DNA of 62,950 nucleotides, the filler included, from Octopus bimaculoides (Eukaryota): NCBI RefSeq assembly GCF_001194135.2. It is 7 parts of 7 records of this genome, joined end to end, with 100 filler letters (N's around TTAATTAATTAA, not from the genome) between each part and the next. Parts side by side here need not be neighbours in the genome. Positions count along the whole stretch, not along the records: positions 1 to 25,631 come from NC_068983.1; 6 more parts are not named here. One strand, 5' to 3'. The notes below the pieces were generated by a model, which did no database searches, was not told the origin of the DNA, and was given only the letters and a program-made list of their open reading frames with translations. Shown piece by piece: positions 1 through 11,148 of the stretch (its first letter is position 1; every line of letters begins with the position of its first letter). Position numbers and translations under genes: made by a program.

Positions 1-363
1 GTGTTTGAGTTGTCATTGTGGTGCGTGTGTGTGTGAGGGAGCAACTGTATGTGTGTGCATGAGGGTGTATGTGTGTGTGAGCATGTATGTGTGTGTTGTA
101 TTTATTAGGTGTCCTTGTACGTTGGGTTTATCCAGGTGAGGTGTATGTGTGTGCATGTGTGTTCCGTGTATGTTGGTACTGGGTATGCGTTTGTATGTGT
201 GTGTACGTGGGTACGGTTTGTGTAGTTTCCTGGTGTATATGTGTACATGTGTGTGTGCGCTGTAATTGTGAGTGATTAGTTTTGTTTGTATTGTTAGTAC
301 AGTATATATATATATATATACATACACACAGAGAACGAGTGAGTGAGAAAGCGAGAGAGGAAA

Positions 364-367
364 AGAG

Positions 368-398
<31 letters not shown>

Positions 399-410
399 GA
401 TAGAGAGAGT

Positions 411-486
<76 letters not shown>

Positions 487-487
487 T
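364..487. repeat. Compound (GATA)n/(GA)n microsatellite
   Basis: Read directly from the sequence; it explains the SLSLSL ORFs 13..495 and 128..529. Confidence 0.95.
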
Positions 488-735
488 GCGTGCATGTGCG
501 TTGACGTCTATCCAAAAACAATTATTCAATCATAGGATGAAATTATATGTTGCAGTGATCGGCAAGAATACCAGAGAAACTCTCGATAGCCAATCGATAA
601 TATATACGGAGAACAGCTAACATTAAAATAATGATATACATATTCCTTTTTAATCCATTTCGGTTTTGATTCGAACGTAAATATGTTCAGCGCTGCTGTA
701 TTTCATCTTCGGGGAAAATATAAGTATGTATGTAT

Positions 736-834
736 GTCATTCAGTTTTATTTCAAGGTTTCTTAACAATAGAGAAAGAGCCGGTTTCTAACCAAGATCCA
801 AGGCCCCTTCATTGGAATTTCAACATCAACCGGG
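736..834 (+). repeat. ~100-bp dispersed repeat embedded in (TATG)n, family C, copy 1
   Basis: gtcattcagttttatttcaagg...catcaaccggg is near-identical to 4148-4251 (+) and 38583-38686 (-). All three copies are flanked by TATG-type repeats. Confidence 0.85.
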
Positions 835-966
835 TACTATTGAATGTATGCATGTATGTACATATGTATGCGTGTGTGTATGTATGTACATTTGTACGTA
901 TGAATGGATGTATCCCTCTCCATATATACGTTTATGTATATATGTATTTATGTATTTATGTATGTA

Positions 967-2108
967 TTGGATCATCCCATAAATAATGAGGTCTTTTCAA
1001 TTGCTTGAACTAAAAGTCGGAGGGAGACGGCATAAACTACATGCATGAACTACCTATAAAAGCAGGTAGTAATTTTACCTTGTACTTATTCTTAGTGCAT
1101 GTTTTGAAGAACGCAGTTCGATTTTAACACTTATTTTTTCAAAGCTATAATCGAAGTGAAAAAGGAGCGTATTCAGCGTATTTTGCTTTTTGAGTTCAAT
1201 AAAGGCAACAACGCAACGAAAAGTGCGAGGAATATTAATGCAGTACTTGGGGATCGGACAATAAATGTAAGCCAGTATCAACGGTGGCTCCAGAAATTTC
1301 GAGCCGGAAACTACAGCCTAGAAGACGAGCCTCGTCCTGGAAGATCTTTAGAGCTCGACGAGGACGTCCTGCAAACTCTGGTGGAACAAAATCCCATCCT
1401 AACTATTGAGAAACTAGCAGAGAAGCTTGGATTTGGTCATTCAATCATTCATCGGAAAAGTCAGCAAATTGGGTCAATGATTTCTCAAAACTTTCCGAGT
1501 CTAATAGCGTGCACAGTGAATGTGTACTCTTCTTTACTATCATATCTCATGAATGAACCTTTTGTGGGGCAGAATAGTGACTGGTGACGAGAAATGGGTT
1601 CTCTATAAAAATGTCAAGCCCCAGACTAAAGAAATCTTCACCCACGTAAGATATTGTTATCTGTTTGGTGGGATATGAAAGGTTTAGTCCACTTTGAACT
1701 TTTAAACCCAGACCAACTGATAACAACGGAGATCTACTGCAAGGAGCTTGAGTGGCGTAAGTCAGCGCTAGAAGAAAAACGACCACTTTAGGTTTCAAGA
1801 CGAAAGGTGTTCTTCCATCAGGATAATGCTCGGTCACATACAGTGAGGATGCTATTCCAAAGGCTGGAGCAGTTTGAGTAGGAAACGATGCCCCACCCAC
1901 CGTATTTGCCGGGCATTGCCCCATCTGACTATCATTTATTCCGCAGTCTTCAAAATCATTTTAACAGAAAAAAATATGAATTCTGTTGATGAGATCAGAA
2001 CAGTAATGAAGGAGTATTTTTAGTCAGGGACAAGTGAATTTTGGAAGAAGGGCCTGGCAAGTCTACCAGATAGATCATCAGTGGGATCCGAAAGGGTTTT
2101 TAATAACT
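967..2108 (+). mobile_element. Degenerate mariner (DD34D) DNA transposon, right end not visible
   Basis: HTH region VKKERIQRILLFEFNKGNNATKSARNI (ORF 1156..1587). Catalytic motifs TGDEKW (D at 1586), HQDNARSH (D at 1822) and APSDYHLF (D at 1927) give 34 residues between the last two D. Probable start ATG reads ATC (1150); frameshift and in-frame stops are present. Putative left TIR ttggatcatcccataaataatg follows TA at 965-966. Confidence 0.9.
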
Positions 2109-2119
2109 CNNNNNNNNNN

Positions 2120-2167
<48 letters not shown>

Positions 2168-2221
2168 GTATGTATATATGTATGTATATAGTAGCTGCTT
2201 TCTCGTATACGAGCAAAGTCA

Positions 2222-2625
2222 TTGCTAGAAAGAATCGTTGAAGTGAGTCATTGATGGTGTAATGTGAGGCCCTTGTATGCTTCTTGAGCCCAGCCAAAAA
2301 TTTGCACATTCTATTGCAAAATGCATCACTGTGCTTTGACATGCCTTTTCGATCCTCCAGCTGAAAGGTACACCTTTCCATAGACAGGTTGCACATGTTC
2401 AGTTGTGAACAATAGCCGTATCACAGTGCGCTTCCCAGCCTTGATAACATCCTGCTGGTTTGGTAGGTAAGCCAACATTCCATCTGAATGGGACGTCAGC
2501 ACATTTCAGTATTGCAGGATTATTCATTTGAAGTTGATTGAACTTGATTAACATGAAATTAAGTGAACGCGACCGGTCGGGGAATCGAAAGTCCGATCGC
2601 AAGATCCTCAGTGCCACTCCCTATC
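2222..2625 (-). mobile_element. tRNA-derived SINE-like element (family D) with RTE-like 3' tail
   Basis: The - strand head has a B-box-like tttcgattccc. The body is shared with 4530-4730. The tail translates to FCNRMCKFLAGLKKHTRASH, resembling the C2H2-like end of RTE ORFs. Confidence 0.55.
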
Positions 2626-2701
2626 CACTAGCCCCCTCACCTTCACACACACACACATATATCTGTGTATGTATATATATATATATATATANNNNNNNNN
2701 N

Positions 2702-2740
<39 letters not shown>

Positions 2741-3621
2741 GCATGTATTATTTACTTAAATAAGTAGATGTGTTTGTTAAAACTACATATTTCTTTCTGC
2801 TGAGAGTATCGGATTCTTTATCTAAGAATTTTTCATATCGTTTTAATGTATCTGTATTTATGTTTAAAAATGCATGAATATATATGAATACAAGTATTTG
2901 TGTGCATTATAATTAACTATTTCGCCAACTGTCGGTTGATTTTATTCTTTGTTACATTTAAGGTAGATTTGCTATAAGCATTTTAATATAGAAGTTGTAA
3001 ATGCTAATTACAAGATAACACTTGAATTGCTTTAAAAAGCTCCGAAATGTCGTATCTAGCTGTAAGTAATATATTTATATGAAAGTAATAATATACTATG
3101 GTATTAATTGATATGGTATATGTGTATTCATATATATGCGAAAGCATTTAATATATATGTGTGTGTGAGTTCGCATATGTCAGAAACCTAAATATAGTTA
3201 AATTACGAAAGAATTTTATATCTTACAGTATGATGTAACCCTACGTCTGTTTGATATTTAGATGTCTGAAACAATGTTTCCGATAGTTTGCAGACGATGT
3301 AAAATTATTTCTAAGTATATATTTATAGATTATAATTGAAATTGGTGGGAGTAATCGAGAAATTTATATTAAGTTGAACGATGTTCACATGCACACGCAC
3401 AAGCACGCGCACAAATACGCACACTAATATTCAGACACCATCGCAAACAAACTGAAAATATTTATTTAGGAATAATCATGTCCTGAGATTTTAGGTACAA
3501 TTGAAAAGAGTCAGTTACATATAGATAGAATTTCCAAAAGCATAATCTCATCCATAAACATATAAATGTGGTGTTGCACCCATATGCATCTGTATAGGTA
3601 TATGTATATATGTATCTGTTT

Positions 3622-3722
3622 CTGTGTGTTTGTTATATGCGTGTGTGTTTGTTATATGCGTATCTATTTGTTATATGTGTGTATGTTTGTTATATGCGTG
3701 TGTGTTTGTTATATGCGTGTGT
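3622..3722. repeat. 19-bp minisatellite, about 5 copies of gtgtgtgtttgttatatgc
   Basis: Tandem units read directly, with small variants. Confidence 0.85.
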
Positions 3723-4076
3723 AGTTGTGTAGGTGTACGAATACGAGACGTGGTCAATATTTCCATGTGTAACTAAATAGTTCTTAAATCTAATATAATA
3801 GCCAAATATTTATTATCGAAACCCTTTCTGATCTGCTTGGAAGCAGAAGTTGGTTTTGTTTCACAAAAGTTTCCCCTGCTATCAATTGCAAGTAGTTTAT
3901 TTACATCCTTTGACAGAAGTAAATTCAGAATGGTAAATACATGGCGCCATGTTCCAATTTAAGAGGGTTGTCTTCGGATATTGGTAGAAGATCATTTACG
4001 CTGTTTCAACCTCTGCACTACAGCACCGTTATAGTTGCTATAGTTGAGTGTTTATTTACACATGGACCTGCAATTA

Positions 4077-4147
4077 TATGTACGTACGTACGTACGTACG
4101 TACGTACGTACGTACGTATGTATGTATGTATGTATGTATGTATGTAT
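4077..4147. repeat. Compound (TACG)n-(TATG)n microsatellite
   Basis: Read directly from the sequence. Confidence 0.95.
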
Positions 4148-4251
4148 GTCATTGTTCAGTTTTACTTCAAGATTTCTTGCCAATAGAGAAAGAGCCGATT
4201 TCTAACCTAGATTCAAGGCTCCTTCATTGAAATTTCAACATCAACAACAGG
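4148..4251 (+). repeat. Family C repeat, copy 2
   Basis: Aligns by eye end-to-end with 736-834 and with the reverse complement of 38583-38686. Confidence 0.85.
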
Positions 4252-4529
4252 TTATTTTTGTATGTATGTACGTATGTATATATATATGTATGCATGCATG
4301 TATGTATGTATGTATGTATGTATGTATGTACGTATGTATGTACGTATATATGTATGCATGTATGTATATGTGCAGATTTGTATGTTTTGCTTTATGTATG
4401 TATTCTCATGCATATAGTTGCATCTCGAGACATGCTCATATATAAATGATAAACTTTCGGAAGCTTTTACAGATTTTTACTGTTCCAGTGATGGGTTGGA
4501 TCTGTAGTCTTCGAATTAGTTTTCTCCTC

Positions 4530-4730
4530 TATGGATTTGAGAAGCCTAATTTCTTAAGATTGGCATTTAGGCAGTGTGTTATATATCCCAGCCCATTTCA
4601 GCATTGCAAGGTTATTCATTTGAAGTTGACTGAATTTCATAAACATGAAGTAAAGTGTTTTGTTCAAGAACACAACGCCGCAGCCGGTCGCGGAATCGAA
4701 ACTCCGATTGCAAGATCTAGACCATGCATA
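4530..4730 (-). mobile_element. Partial family D SINE
   Basis: Shares gattattcatttgaagttga...ggaatcgaaa with 2500-2620. B-box-like gtttcgattcc on the - strand. Confidence 0.6.
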
Positions 4731-4809
4731 TATTATATACTTGAATAAGTAGTTGTGTATGTTAAAACTACGTATGTATGTATTATGTATGCATGTATGC
4801 ATGCAAGCA

Positions 4810-4843
<34 letters not shown>

Positions 4844-4911
4844 NNNNNNNNNNNNNNNNNNNNNNNNNNNNNNNNNNNNNNNNNNNNNNNNNNNNNNNNN
4901 NNNNNNNNNNN

Positions 4912-4965
<54 letters not shown>

Positions 4966-5185
4966 CATAGCCATAGCCATATAGTAATATATGCATATAT
5001 ACATGCATAAAAATACAAATATACACTACTATATAAATGGTTCTCCGTCAGCTTCAACGATGAGGATTTAATTATTTTATCAACTAAATTATTTGCTCAT
5101 TCATTTAATGTGATAGTTGTTAACTGACCATTCTAGAGATACATATACACCACACAGACACACACATATGTATTTGTGTATACGC

Positions 5186-5237
<52 letters not shown>

Positions 5238-5566
5238 GGGATAGAAGCACGCCAAAATTAGGGGTCAGAATAGTCATAGTAGGAACAGCGAAGATAGGAA
5301 CAGGGTGATAATAGCAATAAGATGAACGGTAGGGATGGGAAGAACAGCAGCAACAACAACTATAACAAGAATAACAGTTATAATATAGCAGTGAACTACT
5401 AAAATGGCAATAATGGAAACAACTATGCAAACATACAAACCAATACAAACATTACTGACAACAACTATGCACCAGCACCAGCACCAGCACCACGGGCATA
5501 TGGCATAGTGGTTAAGAGCGCGAGCTACTAACCCCAGGATTCCGAGATCGATTCCAAGCAGTGACT

Positions 5567-5647
<81 letters not shown>

Positions 5648-5649
5648 AG

Positions 5650-5791
5650 AAAATTGCACTACTGGGTACTGCACACATCCTACGCAAAACACTTTCAATA
5701 TAGTAACCATAAGAGCATCACAACAAACCACAGCACATACCCAAGGCACACAGAGCTGCGCTCGGTAGTGAAGTGAAAGCACGTTATAAAA
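5650..5791 (+). mobile_element. 5'-truncated 3' end of an R4/Dong-like RLE LINE
   Basis: 5650-5703 translates KIALLGTAHILRKTLSI*, the conserved C-terminus of RLE ORFs (compare LQKTAQLGTARIL at about 17820). It is followed by a short 3' UTR and an (AAT)n tail. Confidence 0.75.
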
Positions 5792-5892
5792 ATAATAATA
5801 ATAATACTACTAATAATAATAATAACAGCAATAACAAAAACAACATCGAAAAATACCTTAAGAATGAGAACCCAGGTTCGAAATTTCCCCAA

Positions 5893-5938
5893 GACACCTG
5901 ATGAACGCTGGAGGGTCTATCAGCCGAAACGTTGTGTT
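5893..5938 (+). ncRNA. Minimal type I hammerhead ribozyme motif (Penelope-type)
   Basis: Stem I gacac(5893-5897)/gtgtt(5934-5938); core CTGATGA (5898-5904) plus an extra A; stem II gctg/cagc around a 10-nt loop; GAAA (5926-5929); palindromic AACGTT stem III; predicted GUU cleavage after 5933. The base of stem II has a C-C mismatch (5906 vs 5925). Confidence 0.75.
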
Positions 5939-6918
5939 AACAACAAACCAGATGAGGACAAATATCCGTCAAATGTAAATAATGTAAATAATGTACTTAA
6001 TTCCTCATCTCTTAAATATAAAATTATTTTACAGCTGTTGTCTTTTACTATAGCTATTCTCAGTAAACCACTTGACGTATTAGATAAAGTAATAAACAAT
6101 ATTTTAGAAGTCTCATGCCTCAAACCTGAGAATTCACCTCTACTTGCGGACAACATATTTATTTATTTATTTTATAAATTCTGTTAACTACTTTTGTAGT
6201 TATTTAATCCAGGATCAGCTCTGACAGAACAGACCTTTTTATCAAAGTCAAGTATGTAATCTCTAATCGTCTCGCCTATTTTCTTTGTAATCAGTGTAAT
6301 AAGAGCAATAGTATCTAATATGTTTTTCCCCTCCTATAACAGTTGAGTATAGCTTAGAAAAATTTAGGAGTCTTTTTCACACAGTTGAATGTGGCTTAGA
6401 AAACTTTTGGAGTTTTGTTTTCTACTTCTAGCAAATCAAGTGAACAACAATAGTGGTCCCCAATCACCAGGCTGCAGATTAGTACCGGGCCGTGAATCAT
6501 ATGGCACTGGGCCACACAGGAAGAATAGATTTTTTAATTTCTTTCCTATTTTATTGACTTTTGCAGTCCGCAGGGTGTTTTGTATTATATATGTAATATA
6601 TGTATTAAATATGTACGAATTAAATTATATATTATGTAATATATGTATTATATGTATTAAATATGTAAGAATTAAATATTATGAGATATATGTAATATAT
6701 ACAGGGTTGGCCAAAATACTTATATTTAATAAATATGAGTATTAACTTAGGATATAATTAACGAAGTATATTATATACCCTGCCGGTAATTTTGGTGATA
6801 TCCTTTATGTATTATTTCGTGATGTGCAAAATGATACCATGAGTTTACTGTCAGATATACTCATTAGGTTATTTTTGTATTATCTGAAATAGAATATCTG
6901 CATATCGATTAATCCCCC

Positions 6919-6990
<72 letters not shown>

Positions 6991-6995
<5 letters not shown>

Positions 6996-7220
6996 TGGCC
7001 AGAAGTCACCTGAAAGTAAATCAAAAACATTTAATTCCAAGATTCATTTATGTTTAACAACTGAATGAATTCAATGAAAGCATCTAGATATGAAACATGA
7101 AAATGGTTCAAACTGAAGTCCTTCTTGAGCGACACATTTTTCCATTCGAATCAATACTGAATTGCAGATAGTATTTATGGAATTTTAATTTACTGTCGGG
7201 TGACTTTTGGCCGACACCTG
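6991..7220. mobile_element. Tc1/mariner-type MITE (~230 bp)
   Basis: Imperfect TIRs aaggttggccagaagtcacctgaaagta and tactgtcgggtgacttttggccgacacctg, in TA context. A further TIR-like cagggttggccaaaa lies at 6702. Confidence 0.6.
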
Positions 7221-7373
7221 TATAATATACGTCTGTTTGGAGAGACTAAATTTGTGTGTGAGCGTGCGTGTTTGTGCGTAAACATGTTTCGTAGAAGGAA
7301 TATGTTATTGCTATTTTGTCGGTGATTTTTCACTCGTATAACTTGTATAATGTTTCCATATTTTTTATTCTAG

Positions 7374-7508
7374 GGCCTATGGTATCACATTGTGGGAAAT
7401 ATTTTCAATGGCCAGCGATCCATATCCTGGAAAAGTAAACCAAGAGGTCATGCAATTTGTCTTAGATGGCGGAAGATTGCCTTCACCTGAGAATTGTCCT
7501 TTGTCTAT
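7374..7508 (+). CDS. ALK: ALK/LTK-family receptor tyrosine kinase, exon for kinase subdomains IX-X
   Basis: Acceptor ttttttattctag and donor gtaagc; 135 nt, phase 2 to 2. Translates (W)AYGITLWEIFSMASDPYPGKVNQEVMQFVLDGGRLPSPENCPLS(I), compared with human ALK [46 protein letters not shown] (recalled from memory). Confidence 0.9.
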
Positions 7509-7629
7509 GTAAGCAATGATTACCTCTCATATATATTATTAGGTTGTGACAGACATTTAACATTTAAGCATGTACCTACTCATGGACAAATAACACACCA
7601 GACATATACGTATGCGTGTGTGTACACAT

Positions 7630-7712
<83 letters not shown>

Positions 7713-8019
7713 GTGGATTCAGACATATGGAATTTTTACACGTTCTCAAAATTCAACCTCTTTCAGTCATTATCAGTTAAGACTTGTCGCTTCAACAAGT
7801 AGCAAGATGATTTCTAATGATTCAAACTTCCTCTAACGACAGTTTGAGTTTCAAGAAATTATATTAATCGGACATGTATATTTGATAAATATATAATCCG
7901 TTCATCATTAACGGTCAAGCAATCACTTCTACCATAAACAGTCTTGTTTTTTTTTCTTTGCGTGGCGTGTCTATGATAAAACCTATATTCATCTTTTAAT
8001 CTACTGAATTCTCTTACAG

Positions 8020-8110
8020 ATCTTACATAATGACCTGCACTTGGGACTCTAATCCAGATGTACGGCCGTCTTTCTCAACTATCGTTCAGAAACTCCAATA
8101 CTGCTATGAG
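8020..8110 (+). CDS. ALK: ALK/LTK-family kinase, exon for subdomain XI
   Basis: Acceptor ctcttacag and donor gtaaac; 91 nt, phase 2 to 0, in frame with both neighbouring exons. Translates SYIMTCTWDSNPDVRPSFSTIVQKLQYCYE, compared with ALK [30 protein letters not shown]. Confidence 0.9.
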
Positions 8111-8557
8111 GTAAACAAGAGAAATTATTGATTAATAAACTTCCTATAGTGATATAATTATGTCAGTATAGCATTAAATATTTTTCAAGTTTTAGCACAA
8201 CCAAATCGATCTGAGATCCACCTATTTTATATTTTTCAGTTAAATTACTTGTTAGAAAATGTTATACTTGTTTTGATACTATCGTCGAAGATTTGATAGA
8301 AAGTTTAGTTTGGTGAACTAAATTTTTTAACTTTTATCTATCTACGTTCTGAGTTCAAAAGATATAACTGGTAAATTATGCAATGTTTGAAAAATCCTCT
8401 GAGCATAGAAAAGAATATATTGTATTCCCTTACATAGGTAGTTTTAATGAACCCATAATATTTCGGGAAAGATTTCCTTGCTCAGATAGAAGAATGAAAA
8501 TAAAGAGTTTAAAGAAATGTGTTGTTACGGGCAGGCAATTCTGGTGTTAAAAATGTA

Positions 8558-8649
<92 letters not shown>

Positions 8650-10239
8650 CGTGCATATATGTATGTGTGTAACAGAGAGATTGTGCATGTGTATGTGTGT
8701 ATATGTCTGTGTTTCTGTGTATGTGTGTGTGTCTGTGTCTGTGTGTATTACTATAGCATGGAAGACAATTCCAAATTCAACTTCTCCATTCCACCGGTTG
8801 GGATATCAGAAACGTTCAGAAGTATTAGCAGAGATGACTTTATATATAGTTCCGATTACTAGGGATCCTTAAAGGATTTAGTCATATCAAAGTGAAGCAA
8901 ACCACTGATTGGCTAGACATAATTACGCCAACCGGACAATTAAATAATCCATTATCATAGCATGGAAGACATCGATGAAAGGCGATCACTGTTGCTACGT
9001 TATCTGAAATTGTATTACAACCGAAAGTATCCAACGTAGCTTTTCCTTCCCTTTCACTCTAAAGGTATTAATAACGTACTCCCAACACGCAAGTCGAATT
9101 TTTCAGACCAGAATTTACAAGCCAAAACCTAGGTCGATTTATATATCAAGAAATGATGTATAAAGCATGATTTAAGAAAATAATGACGATGTTTAGATCT
9201 TTACATATGTTTACACTATGTACTACATTGACTTATTTGACGGAAAAACATTAATTATTTCTATCATTGTTGATTTTTAGCACAAGGTTGGTGGTAATCA
9301 ATTTGACATGTTTGTGACTTTAGCTTGCAATTTTTGAGATTGTTACTGATTAATATTTCCAGTAGGTCGAGAGTATAGAAAATACATTGTTGGATTGATA
9401 AAATACTTGTAATACGCTGCAGGTGACACCTCATTTACAACAATTGGGCATTTAGGAGAAATCAATACATAAAAGCCACATTCCTTTTTTGTTTTTTTCT
9501 GTTTCCTTTAAAACATCCAACGTCATTATAAAACGTTTTCAACGTCAGACTCTTAATTATAAACTATTCTTATCGCACAAACAACTCGTTCGGCGTATTT
9601 ATGAATTAATTTACAGTTTCCTTTGAAATCTTTAAATTTATAACGAAAATCTCTAGAAAAGATAAAATACAAACTCATATGTGATTTTCTTGAAAGATTT
9701 TTAATCAATATTTAAATATCTTCTTCAAACGAAATTCAATCGGTCCCCGAGATTCTAGACTTCTCATTTTAACAGAATTAGAAACCTGAAAAGCAAAATC
9801 GATCCACGCTACGAGATATCAAATGAGATATCATAAACCATTGGTGGGTTGGTGGTGGTGCAATTTTATGCCAACCATGTTAACTGCAACTAGAAAATTT
9901 TCGATATTTCTTTTTTTTTTTTTTTTTCCTAATTTATCAAAAGCAAAACAGAAATGTATAACATTTTAAACAATGCAGTTTTGAAATGATTAAAGAAATA
10001 AAATGTAATGGTTAGTTTTTTTTTTTATTGATTTATTGAAACTATTAACGCTCTTAACTCGTGTTTTCATTATTATATATTCTGATTTAGAGAAAACTTT
10101 ACGAGGCAAAATTATATTTAAATTAGGAACTTAAAGCGGTTAACACATGTTATTCTCAGGATCTAAAGGATTACTTAGAGCAAGTTAGCAGTAGTACATT
10201 GATACAAATAATTATTGCTGATATAATATTAGTTTCCAA

Positions 10240-10445
10240 TTCAGGCACAAGGCCAGCAATTTTTAGGGGAGAGGTTAAGTCAATACTATCAACCCCAGTA
10301 CTTGACTGGTATTTTATTTTATTGTTCCAAAGAGAAGGAAGTCAAAGTTGATCTCGGTGAGATTTGAACACAGGAGGTAAAGAATCGGAAAGATGCTGCA
10401 AGACATCTTTTCGACGCTGAAAAGATTCTATCAATTCGCTACCCT
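10240..10445 (-). mobile_element. Family B SINE, degenerate
   Basis: Reverse complement matches 25776-25992 (ccccagtacttgactggt...aagtcaaagttgatctcgg...gatttgaac). Confidence 0.65.
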
Positions 10446-11148
10446 TTCATTGCTTCCGATTCTGGCACAAAGCTAACAACTCTCATAGGAAGGAAAAGTT
10501 ATATATATATATATATATNNNNNNNNNNNNNNNNNNNNNNNNNNNNNNNNNNNNNNNNNNNNNNNNNNNNNNNNNNNNNNNNNNNNNNNNNNNNNNNNNN
10601 NNNNNNNNNNNNNNNNNNNNNNNNNNNNNNNNNNNNNNNNNNNNNNNNNNNNNNNNNNNNNNNNNNNNNNNNNNNNNNNNNNNNNNNNNNNNNNNNNNNN
10701 NNNNNNNNNNNNNNNNNNNNNNNNNNNNNNNNNNNNNNNNNNNNNNNNNNNNNNNNNNNNNNNNNNNNNNNNNNNNNNNNNNNNNNNNNNNNNNNNNNNN
10801 NNNNNNNNNNNNNNNNNNNNNNNNNNNNNNNNNNNNNNNNNNNNNNNNNNNNNNNNNNNNNNNNNNNNNNNNNNNNNNNNNNNNNNNNNNNNNNNNNNNN
10901 NNNNNNNNNNNNNNNNNNNNNNNNNNNNNNNNNNNNNNNNNNNNNNNNNNNNNNNNNNNNNNNNNNNNNNNNNNNNNNNNNNNNNNNNNNNNNNNNNNNN
11001 NNNNNNNNNNNNNNNNNNNNNNNNNNNNNNNNNNNNNNNNNNNNNNNNNNNNNNNNNNNNNNNNNNNNNNNNNNNNNNNNNNNNNNNNNNNNNNNNNNNN
11101 NNNNNNNNNNNNNNNNNNNNNNNNNNNNNNNNNNNNNNNNNNNNNNNN

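Larger units (their letters stand above)
5494..6023 (+). mobile_element. tRNA-headed SINE-like element with a hammerhead ribozyme in its 3' part, interrupted by an RLE-LINE 3' end
   Basis: A box TGGCATAGTGG (5501-5511) and B-box-like GATCGATTCC (5546-5555), then (AAT)n/(GAA)n. After a nested insert comes a 3' module (about 5841-6023) containing CTGATGA...GAAAC. Joining the head and 3' module into one element is inference. Confidence 0.6.
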
